Shown here: positions 1 to 11,828 of the stretch, in pieces | Layout of the letters: every line of letters starts with the position of its first letter | Position numbering within the stretch: position 1 is the stretch's first letter | Source of the DNA: Acanthaster planci | Taxonomy: Eukaryota | Direction: 5' to 3' | NCBI RefSeq assembly: GCF_001949145.1 | Contig: NW_019091360.1 | Location: 3,160,864-3,224,863 of the forward strand | Length of the DNA: 64,000 nucleotides | Position numbers and translations under genes: made by a program | The notes under the pieces: generated by a model | The model's input: the letters and a program-made list of their open reading frames with translations, nothing else | Database searches by the model: none | Told to the model about the DNA's origin: nothing

Positions 1-299
1 TCATTTGTGGCACTACGACAAATATCTAATGCCTTTTGATCATTTTTGTTGCTTGTGGAAAATGTCTTTTTCATCGAACAAAAGCTTGCTGCTTTCAGCT
101 AACGTGCAGAGCACATGTGTGGTGGCTGGTACATGTACATGTACATGTATGATGTACATGTACACAGGTACCGCAGATCCAGAACCAAATTAAGCTATGT
201 GATGCCTACAATCTTATCAACTTGTGCCAAATCTACTGAAATTAGCCAATTCAAGATGATTGCGGTAGGGCAAAGTTCAACTGAATCACATTTTCCGGT

Positions 300-780
300 A
301 TTTTCCGACTTCATGAAGAGACAACATTGTCTTCCGTAGGCATACCGGTAGCATTAGCAACCAAGGGCAAACTTTGTTTTACATGTTTGAGACTCTGAGA
401 CAAAGCTGACTCCAGAATTGTATGTAAATGTAACAGTTTTACACCTGACATGCACTATGGCCAAAATCTGAACTGTGTTGTCGTCTTCATGAAGAGACAA
501 AAGTGATACAAATTTTATCACTTTCATGAACAGACAAAAGTGTTTGTTTACAAAATAAACAAATTAAATTAATTTCTGTGAAACTTATTTTGTAGTTTTG
601 TGTCATTTAATATCCATTCTTTCAGGAAGTACAATGTTGCATTGGTTTTAGTCAAAGGAACGCTAAAATCCTGGAGAAACTAGTGTTTGAAAAAGAGACC
701 ATCAACTTCAAATGCAATTTTCTGGACAACTTGTTTTTAAACTCAGGTGAGACTTTCGTCTCTTCATGAAAACAGTGATT
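300..780. repeat. Probable non-autonomous DNA-transposon remnant with reiterated TTCATGAAGAGACAA motif
   Basis: Motif at ~311, ~487 and ~523 (+), and an inverted copy TCGTCTCTTCATGAA at ~756. Confidence 0.4.
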
Positions 781-899
781 TTATGCAGGTTGGAGAGTAG
801 AACATGGCGATGGTCGTTATGATGTTCATGGTATCTTGTACATGTATGTTCAGAGGGTGTGTTGAGATACATGTATGTACCTGTGTAGTGGATTCCAAT

Positions 900-963
900 C
901 AGTGGCGGCAAAGTTGGGGGGGGGGGAGAGTGGTCCCCTGCCCTCACCCCTCCGCTGCCAGTG
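900..963. mobile_element. 64-bp hAT-like MITE
   Basis: Ends CAGTGGCGG...CCGCTGCCAGTG, flanked by a perfect 8-bp TSD ATTCCAAT (892-899 and 964-971). Confidence 0.75.
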
Positions 964-3900
964 ATTCCAATCATCCCACGATGAAGCAGTTTCTGAACCT
1001 CCAGATAGATTTTTGGACCAATTTCCTGATTTTTGTGAATCAGACAGGTCAGATTTGGAAATGAGAGCACTAAATGCAGTGCACCTTTCGATTGAGTGAT
1101 ATTGCTTGGATATATGCACCATTCAAAAATGAGTTGTAAATGGATAGGTGTAGATGCCGGTAAGAGGCAGAATTGAAATTGAATCAGAGAAATGCCATCA
1201 TCTAGTTATATCTGCATAGGGAATCCCTTGACACCTTGATCATTAGAGACACTCGTTAAAAGCAGTACTGCGGTGCTTAAAATTTGTCGTAAGTTGGTTT
1301 GCGATGCAAACTGTATGTACATGCGAAAGAGCAGGGCTGTGAAAATTTAGCAGGGCGGCGTACTCCTAAAACTCCATCCATAGAAGGCTGACCCAACCGC
1401 TGAAAACCTTGACTCGTTAAATTCAAGCTTAAAGTTTAAATTAATTGCCTGCATGTCATCAAACTTGTCCACCTGTTACTTAAAGATAATGTAGAGCTTC
1501 ATCAGATCCATCAGAATTTACAATGAACTGAGTCATCATCGTAGAATTGAATGGCCATCAGGCAGCATTGTTCATGGGGAGATAAATTATGGAGGAAGGG
1601 GGCAAAAACTATGATGGTGGTACCCTCTTAAAAAGTTTGGACTACTGCCCCCTTTAAATCCTGTCAGGTTGAAATTACAAGTTTAAAGTGAAATCGTCAG
1701 TTTTTCATGAGGAAACATGCTATTTGCTTACCGGTAATCTCCCCTAGATGAAGAAAGATGCACCAGACTATTGGCAGACTTATGAATAATCCGCAGTCAT
1801 CCATTCCTGAAACTGGAATGTACCCCAGTAGCGAAATCAACTCTTACATTCAGATTCAAATATGTGTCCATTCAACAGCTTTACAAAGTTAGTGAAATGT
1901 GCAAAGTTCACTTTCCTTCACCCAAAACACAATATTACAAATTCAAAAACTTCAGTTACTTAAAACCATAGAGCTACAGTATATTAAATGACTAGAGTGC
2001 TAACTTCTCATTCTCCGGGTGGAGAAAAGTTGACGCCGTCCTGGGCGCATACATTTTGACTCCCTGTGCGTGTTTGTAGAGCATTCAAAATCAGACAAAT
2101 GAATATAAACTCTAAATGTAATGCACATTGGGTAACAATAAAATCCAGATGAAATCCACTGTCAAATTTATACATGTATGCAGCGCACATGCGTGTGTGT
2201 TTGTGCTGTTTACGCAGAGCTAACATTTACATGTAGGTTTTTTGCGTATTGACTTTTTTAATGCATTGCTTGCAGATATGTGACCCGGTATGTCGTAATC
2301 AGGAATAAGTCGCTGAGGCCGTTTGACATAATGGCCAATTAACGTGGGGATGTGGGTAAATGTTGGAAAAATTGATGTAGCAGTGTCTGCATATTTTGGA
2401 AGTGTAGGTGTGAAAGGTTACCATCAACACACTTGTAATGTGTACCATTTGAAAGCTTATGAAGTTCTCTTTCTGACTGTGTACATATCTCAAAAAGTCA
2501 ATTTGAGACTTATTCCTGACATCGATGTGCTGGGTCACATACACAGACATGGACACATAATTGTACGAAAGCCGTACAAAATGGTCAAGTTTTCAACGAA
2601 TGTCAAGTACATGTACATTTCGGTTTGTGCACAGACATGGATGAGCTCAGCACAGATCTCTGTACGTACATGTACATGAGTCAGCGCTCTAGTTTATACA
2701 GTGTACATGTATGCACATTAACGCTGTGCTTGAAACATGTTTGGTTAGACTGTCCATGGAGCTTTGATGACCCAAAAAAATTGTGGTTGGCTATTTATTG
2801 AGTACTGTACTTGTAAGGCCAAGCAAAAGATATTTAGAAAATGTCAGTAGGCATCTTCTTCTTGTTGATATTTTCTACTCTTCCTGAGACCATGTGCTCA
2901 AAGTTTTACTCTTCATTAAAGTTTGCATACACAGACACGTAGTTTGAAAGATCGAGGGCCCCTGAAGTTACTTCCTTTGTTGTAAGTTGAAATGCGTTGG
3001 AAGTGATAGGAAAACACAGCCTGGTGGCCTCCATCTTACATGTACAACCTCTTATGGAGAAAGCTCTCCCCTCAGAACCTTGAAGTATCAGTACACGTGT
3101 GTAGTCTCGCACATGTACCGACAGTGTGTAAATTAGAGGGTTAAAATGAAGTTAAATGCTGTCATCAAACATTTTTAGCCAGCAGGTGCATACATGTACA
3201 TGTACATACAACCTAAGGTCAAGCCAGAAATTTGCCATGTTCATGATCTGCCCCAAGTTTAGGTCATATTTACCTTCATAAATGACATCGGGCGAAAGTT
3301 TTACTTTGGGTAAACCCAACAGTCTGGCCCCTTCTCTATTTAAAGGCAATTTGAGCATGCGGCCTTTCACCACCGGTGGTCACCCTTTTTGAATCATGTT
3401 GTACTTTGAAAGAGACGTGCGGAATCAAGTTCAACAAAAAATCCAACCCGTCTATGCTGTAATGCAGCTGTAATGCCGGCACCATGACGCAACCTCTTCC
3501 TCCTGGCGGTATCGGCTGGGACGAGGTTTGGGGATGGAGTGCACTGAACACCAGTCTCTTATCACCTGTGAGAAAAAGGCGTTTGTCTAGATCTCTTCTG
3601 GGTCTGTCTTGGCTTTCTCTGTTACTCTCTCTTCTTGGTGGAGTTGGGCTTTGCGGTTTGGTGTCCGCCTCCTTCCCCTGGTAAATCTCTTCTAAGGCTT
3701 GTGTCTGACCTTCCTAACAATGAAGGTGATCTGATTTGTTTGCGATTAATCTCGCTAACTAAACATGCTCAAGTGTCCTCTGTTTGTTTTGATCTAACCG
3801 CGCTTCTAACGCTTCAACTTCTTGATTCAGCTGCTCAATTTGTGCAACTCTGGTTGTGAGCACTTCTCCTAAAGTACCTTGTTGTTCATTTGCTTTTAAC

Positions 3901-4559
3901 AGCGATTTTCTTAGTTCTTTGTAGCACTTCTGGATCTGGTTCTATTTCCCTTCTATGCTCTCTTGCTATTTCTATTTCAGTGGGTCTACTGTCTGAGTTG
4001 GCATGCCACTCCATTTTAGTGGTGTAGGTAATGTTAAAATATCCAGCATGAAACACCACTTTTTGTAATGCAAATGGCTTTGTCACCTTGCAAGTTGTCG
4101 ATGACATCTCACAATTTAAACGTCTGCTTGTTTTCAGTGAAGTAAAAAGTGTGCGTCTTCATAATTGTTGCAGTATTTTTTTTTAAAATCAAAATAAAAA
4201 ATTAAATTCACAAACTTTTTGGCATTTTTAAGTTTCAAGTTTTTTGTTGAGTTTATTAAAAAGTTGTGGGAACCAACTTTAGTCACTTGGCGATTGTCGT
4301 AAACAAGGACAACTTTGGGGGGGGTGAGGTTCCCAACTTCAGCTTATAAACTCCCATGCATAACAACTCATGAAGCTGTAAACTGTTGGATTAGAGATCC
4401 TTTGGCGTTTTCTCAGAATCAATTTAATTTTACAGAATACTGTGCATCGATGGCTTTTAGGGTTGGTTGAGATCTTCTCAAGGAAAAAGTCCTTAAGTAT
4501 CGGTCCCGTTTCAATTTCACTTGTACTGTACCGTTTGAAAAATTTTGTATAATATGGTC

Positions 4560-5620
4560 GCTCCCATACCAGGCGATGACGTATCTGACCCGTTAAACAA
4601 TAATCAATAATATTCTTCCTGAGTCATTCATAACATGATACTGCCCAAGTCTCTGATGCGTCTTCCCCATCCATGGGCTGTGTTGTCATAGGCGCTTCTA
4701 AAATCAAGCCACAAACTGTACTTTTGTTTCAAGTAATCGACCATATCGACACTCGTCACTCACTCACTACAGCCCGACCAGATTCTGTGTCCAAATCTCC
4801 GAAAAACTTGTTAATTTCATTTCAGGTGTTGGTACTCTTACGTGCCTTGTGAATAAAGTTAGTTGGGTTTACCTTCTACCGTTACTACAGTTTTTGTAAT
4901 GTGGGGGTCATAAAATATTTGAGGGTTTGTAACTGTGGGATCTTTAAACAAAAACAGCAGCCCTTTGAGACTCTCAGTGGGTTGGTTTATTACAACGTTC
5001 CACAGGGTATCCAACTTGTTGATAGAGCGAGTTTCTAAGTTAGGCACCTGATCAAATAATACACTGGACCTTGGTGTTTGTTTCTAATGATTAATGAGTT
5101 TGCAGGTGGTCACTACTCTATATTCTAGGGCTAGGTCCGAGATTGCATATTGAGCAGAGGTGTCTGCAGACTTGATGACTGTATTGTGATGGTTAAAAGT
5201 GAGCTCGTACATGTAAGTCAACGGTTGCTTCAGGGTCGAAGGCAAAAACGGCATGTGGTCAGTTAAAAGTTGATGTCCAGAGGAATTGCGTATCAGTTAC
5301 CAAAAGCGTCTGCAATGGCTTTATCTTTTCCATCGTTGGACGTTCAGCTCCTGAACCAAGTTGCGAGGCAGGTTGTTGTAAATAATTCTATTGTGGTCCA
5401 ATCCCCCGTCTAGCTTTAGCTTGAAAACGAGTTTGGCTCTACCCGGAATAATCATGCCATCTATCCCCGACAGAGGTCACTTGACGATTAGTTTTTGATT
5501 TTGACCCAAGGCTATGGTGCTCGGGTTGTGAGTAATGACTACTTCACGCCTTTTGCCTTTGATGGCTCTGGGAACTCTGAGATAACAGTTTGGGTTGAGC
5601 TTCTTGCCGTAGTTTGTAAT
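4560..5620 (-). pseudogene. Major capsid protein (Polinton-like/adintovirus type), disrupted
   Basis: Pieces across frames: NYGKKLNPNCYLRVPRAIKGKRREVVITHNPSTI..IIPGRAKLVFKL; DTLWNVVINQPTESLKGLLFLFKDP..FYDPHITKTVVTVEGKPN*LYSQG; YLKQKYSLWLDFRSAYDNTAHGWGRRI. They resemble the conserved pPolB-linked capsid ORF of invertebrate Polinton-like viruses. Stops and frameshifts are present. Confidence 0.65.
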
Positions 5621-5676
5621 TGTTGCGGTTGTTTTGTTTTAAGTAAAAAAAGATTCGGTTTTAAGTAAAAGAAGAT

Positions 5677-5931
5677 ATGGTGAGTGTTTTAATGATGGTC
5701 AGTGGGGCTGTTGTCAACGCCCTGGTATTTATGGGGTCTAATTTTTTGTTTAGCAGCCTTTCAAAACGACAGGTTGAAGCGTTTAACAAGGAAAAGACCA
5801 GGTTGATAAATGCAGTTCCCGTTGAAGCTATCAAGCTAGATCAACAGTTGCCACAGTTGCCATCAGCTCTGCAGAGAGCCTGCAAAAAAAAACCCCAGAG
5901 GGCCTCACGGCTTTGCCCAATGATGCTTTAG
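5677..5931 (+). pseudogene. Small ORF with hydrophobic N-terminus, divergent from the capsid gene (Polinton-like accessory/virion protein)
   Basis: MVSVLMMVSGAVVNALVFMGSNFLFSSLSK. Lies between the capsid and pPolB relics; probably frameshifted at the poly-A near 5885. Confidence 0.45.
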
Positions 5932-6169
5932 TTCGTTATTTATATTACCAGGGTGAGCAAGAGGGCGGCACAGTCAGGAGAGCTACCGATCCAATCAGAA
6001 GCATTGACATGTACCAAATCGAAAAAAGGACCCTCCTAGTTTAAACAAGTCAACGGTAAAAAAGTAACTGCAGGTCCTATGCTGTGTTATTTTTTTAGAT
6101 GGCCCTACAAAGTCGTTTGTGCAAGAAGAGCTGTAAGTGGTACCCGAAGACACGGAAACATTCAACGTT

Positions 6170-9100
6170 AAACCGTAGTGACCATAGGCTAAAGCTTCTC
6201 CACCGTCCTCTAACAAGAACTGTTTGGTACCTAAAGGACTTAACGATAGCTTGTTTTGCGTGACATTGTATAAGCAATGCTTGTTAGATCTGATTAGATG
6301 CTGGTTAAAGTAGTTGAGTTCCCGATTGAACAAACGGTCCCGATAGTGCTTGAGTTTCAGTTGTCCGTCTCAACTTTGGGCACACCTGTGGTCTTTTTGA
6401 CTTTTGGTTTAATGCACATGCATCTGCATAGGTTGATCACCAAATTTGTCTTTCAATTACCCAGTGACTTGTTTGTTTTGGGGGTCGTACAACGGGTGAT
6501 CTGGGGGATAGTTTGAAAGATGGTAAACATCTGCATTTTTGTTCATGTGGTACAAATCATCAGTCCATATAGCTAGCAGTAAACTGTCCGTGTCTGTGTA
6601 TATCTGTGATTGGAGTTTCATTTTAGTTTGTTATAGTAAAATCATACATAAGCCTTTCAGACAAATCGAGTATACTCACCCCACAATAAATGGGTATGTT
6701 CTAAACCATTTTTGTTTTGTACATCTCGAAGAAGGATAAATCACATTCTGGAAAAACAGTCATCATCTGGTAATTGGGTTGCAACACCAACCTTTTAAAC
6801 TTTTTAATATCTTTGTCTGGTCGTCTTGGAGCAAATGTGCATTGATTTGATATCTGACACCCTCTTACGTTTTGTCATAGATGCTGTTGTTCATGGGTTT
6901 TAAAAAGTCTTTCTCAAAATCCGAGCCTGCTTTTGTCGATATATGAACACATCCAAGGTTTTGGCTAAACTTTAAAACTTGGTGAAGCTGTTATAGCTGA
7001 AGTACAAATAAAGCTGCCAAGTAACATAATGCACAGTGTATTTACATTTGGGATAGAGCGTGCACGTGAGCTTGTCTGCTTTTGGGGCATGTTCTGACTG
7101 TAACAAAACCCATCAATACTCAGAAAACCAATCTTCTGGTATTACAAGGTTTTCTGGAGCCAGAGGTGAGTCGTTGGGTAAGTTGTGTCAATGTTGGGAG
7201 TAGTCTAAGTTGACTTCAAGTAAACAACCCTCGTCTGTTTTGGGAATCAACGATTGTACGCCCTCAGCAAAAGCCACTAAAGGGCAACGGTTGAATCATT
7301 GCCCAACCATACAAATTATTAGCGTCCAAATACATCAAGTAAGAGTCTGCTTTTTTGGGGGTCATTACTTGATAAATGGCAGTTGTTGGCTTTAAAGTAT
7401 CTAAAACCACCGACGCTAGAAATGCCACCTCGTTTTGCCCGTTTGAAAAATAAGTGTTTATCAACGTCCGTCAGTAGCTCCAATTGAACTCAAGAGTTCA
7501 GTTGTCTGGATCTAAACCGTAGTTGGCCTTGCAAACGCATCTAAAGTTTTAAAAAAACAGCCACGAGTGACAATGCGTCGGTCTGTACTTAAAGGTCGTG
7601 GTAGTCGCCGAAGTTTTTACAGTTAAACGTAGACCACACTCTTTGGGCTCTAGCGTATTCTTCTGGAGTTACACTTTCTTGTTTGAGACCACTGTAAAAT
7701 TTCTCCCACTCTGGAAGTTTTGCTTCTTGAAATTTGTCAAACAAATCCATGAATTCTTAGGGATAAACTCCCTTTTGCAAGAGAAGCTTGGAGTTTTGAG
7801 AAAACCGGTCTTTCAGCAACCCATAAGAGTCAGACTCACAGGGGCAGGCTTTCACTCGCTTGTCAAGTGAAGTTGCCATGAAGTTAAACGAGTCTGTAAA
7901 ACGCAGTTGGCCTGAAGAAAAAATAACATATTTTTCAGAGTTTTTAATGGAATTTATCGTCTCTAAAGTTGACGCCGCCTTGCATAATCAGATGGATGTC
8001 GTAGTTTTCTAGATTGTGAAAAACAACCAGAATTACAATTTGGCCAGGCACAGTCTGGAGTTTGAGGTTGCAACAAGCGTGCACTGTGCCTTTAAACTTA
8101 TCCGTCACGTGACAGTGGTCTCTGACTTTTCTAAACTTGTTGATTTTCTTTTCACAATGCATACTGGTGTATTCTATATAACCCTTTGTCATTTATGAAC
8201 AAAGTCTCGTTTTTTTCTGGCAGCTTGCACTGGCAAACGCTTGCGCTGGTCCAAGGGCCAGAAACCCGTAGGACATAGTTGGGGTACACAGGTTTTTCGC
8301 AAATCCAACATGTGCCGGTTTGGTTATATTGTTTTTGTTCTTTGTAGGTCCAAGACAGCAGAGGTGGTTTTAAAAACTTTTCATTAATTTCGTCTCGTTC
8401 CCAAACCAGAGATTCAACAAAATGTTTTGGTGTGTCAGGGCCTCTGTAGGTCCGTTGACTAGTGCTAACACCGTCGCATTGAACCATGACATAAGAATAC
8501 CCCAAAGCTTCATGAATCTTCTTTTTGTTTTTGCGTTCTTCCTTTTTCGCTCAGCTGGGGCAAAATCAAACACTCAAAATCAGCGTAAATCACAAAAGGA
8601 GTCTTGTTTGTGTTAATAGTTTTAAACTGCAACAGGTTTCTATCCATGTCTGGAAATACCACTTTCGGAAGAGTGCAGTCTATACCTTGGCAGTCTTGCT
8701 TGTGCGCATCTAACTTTTTTTGCTTAGAAAAATGTGACAAACGACGATAACAAAAATACTTTTTGGTAGCCAACTTCACTAGATAAAAGTCGAGAAAAAT
8801 CTTTGATCCAACGCTAGTGAAAAGTTTCTGGTTCGGTGCCAGGTTGTCGGCTAAACAAGAGTAAGTTCACAGGTTCTTCCGAGAGGTTCTCTTAGACACT
8901 CATAGAGTAAACACCTTGTCTTCTTTCGGATATCTAATATGTTGATCGCCAACTTGTTCTAGGTTTAGATGCGAGCGACTTGAGACCGGGGGGGGGAGTT
9001 AATGTTGTTAACATTTAACCCGTCCAACTCCGTGTAATACATTTTAGGTTACATTGCATCTGGGTTTTGAATTTATCTTTGTAAACACTAAGGGCAGCTC

Positions 9101-9700
9101 TCAGACTCCATCAGATACACTCTTGGTCTTCATTTTTTATGTTAGTGATTGCCTTTTTATTTTTTAATTAACCAGCTGGGTAGTGCCCAGTAGTAGTGGT
9201 ACAAGAGCTACCTCTCAAGGGTGCACATCGAGTCACGTTGATATAAAATGCTATGTGATGTGTTCGATGGCCCAACCTGATTTTCTCTGCGTAAAGACTT
9301 CCATTTTCTCTAAGATACATGTATATTCTCGTTGCTCTGCTGACTTATGGTTAACGTCACCTTTGTTTAACACCATGTTGGTTCTACTTGAAAACACAAA
9401 TTCTTCTGTGACTGTGTCTTTTTGATCTTGCCTTTGTTTTAATAAACTTGACCTCCAGCACTGTCTGGAGTTTGAGGCTCTTTAGTTCTTTTAACTTGGA
9501 TGTTACTTTAGCTTTAATCATTGCGCATTTGCGTTTTAAAATTGCATGGGATCCGTGTTAAACAATCGAGGTACAAGTTCCCAGTTTCTAAAGTTGTCTT
9601 TAAACCTCCTAGTCTGTTTGAAGTTGGGCTCTTTTAACGAGTCTGGTACAATGTGCACTTTGATCACATTGATATGGTCTTTCCTAAGCAACCAGCCTTT
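6170..9700 (-). pseudogene. Protein-primed family B DNA polymerase (pPolB) with endonuclease-VII-like Zn insert, disrupted
   Basis: Collinear motifs: SGWAIE..PLRGSS..KKAITNIKNEDQEC (9110-9290); TPFVIYADFECL (ExoI, ~8570-8605); KVRDHCH..HACCNLKL; VFHNLENYDIHLI (ExoII); RFTDSFNFM; YLDANNLYGWAM (motif A, ~7300-7340); LKPMNNSIY (motif B, ~6880-6905); YTDTDSLL (motif C, ~6577-6600); C-terminal ALAYGHY (~6180). Many stops and frameshifts. Confidence 0.9.
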
Positions 9701-9989
9701 TTTGCCCATGCCAGTGATTTCCCAATTGATTGTTTCGAGCTATATCCAATAATTCGTAGTAGTTTTTTACGTTAAGTTTTTTAATTGGGTTTGGTTTGCA
9801 TGTACATAAACATGTATGGCATAGATGTAATCTTGATGCGCATGTTTAACTTCCATTGGCAGCGTGATGTTATACTTAATTAACATACAGTGTAGTCTAT
9901 TAACACAGATTTATGCCATCTGGAATAGTTTTTTGCTGAAGGTCTTACCAGCCTCAAGTTTATATGTCAAGATAAAATATTTGTTTCAT

Positions 9990-10210
9990 TTTTTTCCTCT
10001 GCCCAGCACTCCTTACACTGATATTTATTTCTACTGTGTTGTTCGCAATTTCTTGGTGTACGAATTTTGCAAGCAGATTTATATTTACCGTGTTTGCAAA
10101 ATAAGTCTTTTCTGCATTAATCACAGTTTTTTTTTTGTTTTACTGTTTGGACATAAACAGAGGGGTCTGCATTGTTGGCATTTGTACTTATCTTTGCCAT
10201 GTTTACAAGT
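9990..10210 (-). pseudogene. Tandem CxHxxxxxxCxxC Cys/His-repeat protein remnant
   Basis: CKHGKDKYKCQQC..CPNSKTKK/NCD*C..CKHGKYKSACKIR..CEQHSRNKYQCKEC, with one frameshift in a homopolymer run and one stop. Confidence 0.6.
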
Positions 10211-11020
10211 TACCCAGAGTTTATGGCGACCTAAACACAGCAAACAGCAAGTTTTTCAACTTCTAGACTCTTTTTTTTGTTTTATAGTCTGTTTGTGGTT
10301 TTTGCTTTTCTACATATGATACACGTTTTAGTCTTCGTATCTTTATTTCTTTAATTTTTTTTTCTCAGTTTTTACAGATATCACAAAGGCGAGAGGTCAT
10401 TTTAGCCGCTTGGTTGTGTGAGCCTTCTAAGGGGGTGCAAAGGCATGAGGGTTCTTGGGGGCGGCAGAAAATAAATCTGCACCCAACAGGCCGACAAGGC
10501 TAAAGGGCGTGATGAGGGAGCCAGAGGGAGCCTTTTGAGAGGCTAAGGGGTCTTTTTTTAATGGTTGACAAAAATGGGAAAAGTGCGAGGGTAGGTACTC
10601 TAGGGGATGGATAAGAAGAGGTCTGGGTTTTCAGAGTTGTTGACACATAAAAAACAAGAGGAAAAAAGAGTTGATATTCGGATTCTCATCCATTTCCCCT
10701 TGGGTAGGTACCCAAGGATTATTTTGAATTTGAAAAAAAAAAATTTGAAATTGACAAAAACGAACAAAATCCATGGGTAGGTACCAAGGGTGAAATGGGT
10801 GAGAATTGGATTTGGTCTAGAACTGTCCTTTCCCATACTACTGTGGCATCACCACAAACCTTGTGACGTACGCGTTTCATTATTTTCCCCAATTGCCTTG
10901 GGACATCTCTGTGCAGGCGCTCAGCTGCAAACGAAACTGAAATTTGTGAATGAGTACTTGGCGTCCACTGGTAGGGAAGAAACAAAACTTTAAAATGGAT
11001 ATTGCCAATACCCTGTTATT

Positions 11021-11272
11021 TGTGACCCACCATTCCAAAAGCAGGCTGAAGAAGGTAACTTCATAACCCTGAAATAGAGGAACTTTCACTGTTCACAGAC
11101 TGGTTTTGATTTTCACAGGAGTTTTACAGCTATTACTACCTGTAAGAAGCTTCCTGCAGACAGAATTTAGATTGAATATGGATCACTTTGACGTGTAAAA
11201 AAAGCTGACAGAGAGGAATTGTCCAACATCACAAATACCAACTTCAGCCTGGTTTTGGAATGGTGGGTTACA
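11021..11272. mobile_element. MITE with ~37-bp TIRs (TGT...ACA ends)
   Basis: TGTGACCCACCATTCCAAAAGCAGGCTGAAG at 11021 is inverted as CTTCAGCCTGGTTTTGGAATGGTGGGTTACA ending at 11272. Confidence 0.65.
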
Positions 11273-11391
11273 TTTTAAAACCTGCAAGATTTGGACCTGT
11301 AGGGCAAACAGGAGAAAAATTTCCATGTGAGGATTTTTCCCTGCAGTGACCTCTTCAGCCATCTGAAAGCAATAACATGACCTGAAAACTC

Positions 11392-11828
11392 AAATAGAGG
11401 GATCCCAATACGACGCTTTTAGCGTCGATCTGCGCACTTCCGCGTTTGAAAACAAGGCTGTATGTGTCAGCTTCAATTCTTAATACGATCAGACGATTGA
11501 AAGTAAGGAGTCAAGACACAAAATACATAAAGGTATGTTAAATTCAGACTTTTCAGGCTGCAAATTTTTGTTGAAGAGTCTTTCAGGAAAACTCGACACG
11601 TAAAATCAAAAGAAAAAATAACGACAATTGACCGCAAACTAACGTACCTGCGATGGTCGTGTATCTTGTGCAGTGGGCGTGGTTTAACCTGGAGTGGCGT
11701 CACACTTACGAACCGGATACTCCATTACTGTGTGGACTCCGTGGGCGGGCGCGACGAAGTTCAACACAGAGAGCCTCTGTTTCAATGCAGATATGCGCAG
11801 ACGCCGCTAATGTGAAATCCCTCTATTT
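11392..11828. mobile_element. MITE with AAATAGAGGGAT termini
   Basis: Perfect 12-bp inverted ends plus imperfect subterminal inverted repeats (TTAGCG..TCTGCGCA). Confidence 0.6.

Larger units (their letters stand above)
3380..10842 (-). mobile_element. Decayed Polinton/Maverick-like (adintovirus-type) endogenous viral element, left end truncated or uncertain
   Basis: Contains pPolB and capsid pseudogenes and a Cys/His-repeat ORF. A GC-richer terminal region ends in ACTACT (10837-10842), the typical Polinton terminus. Confidence 0.8.

Noticed and set aside
9864..10319. 151-aa hydrophobic plus-strand ORF
   Set aside because: Antisense shadow of an A-rich minus-strand viral coding relic.
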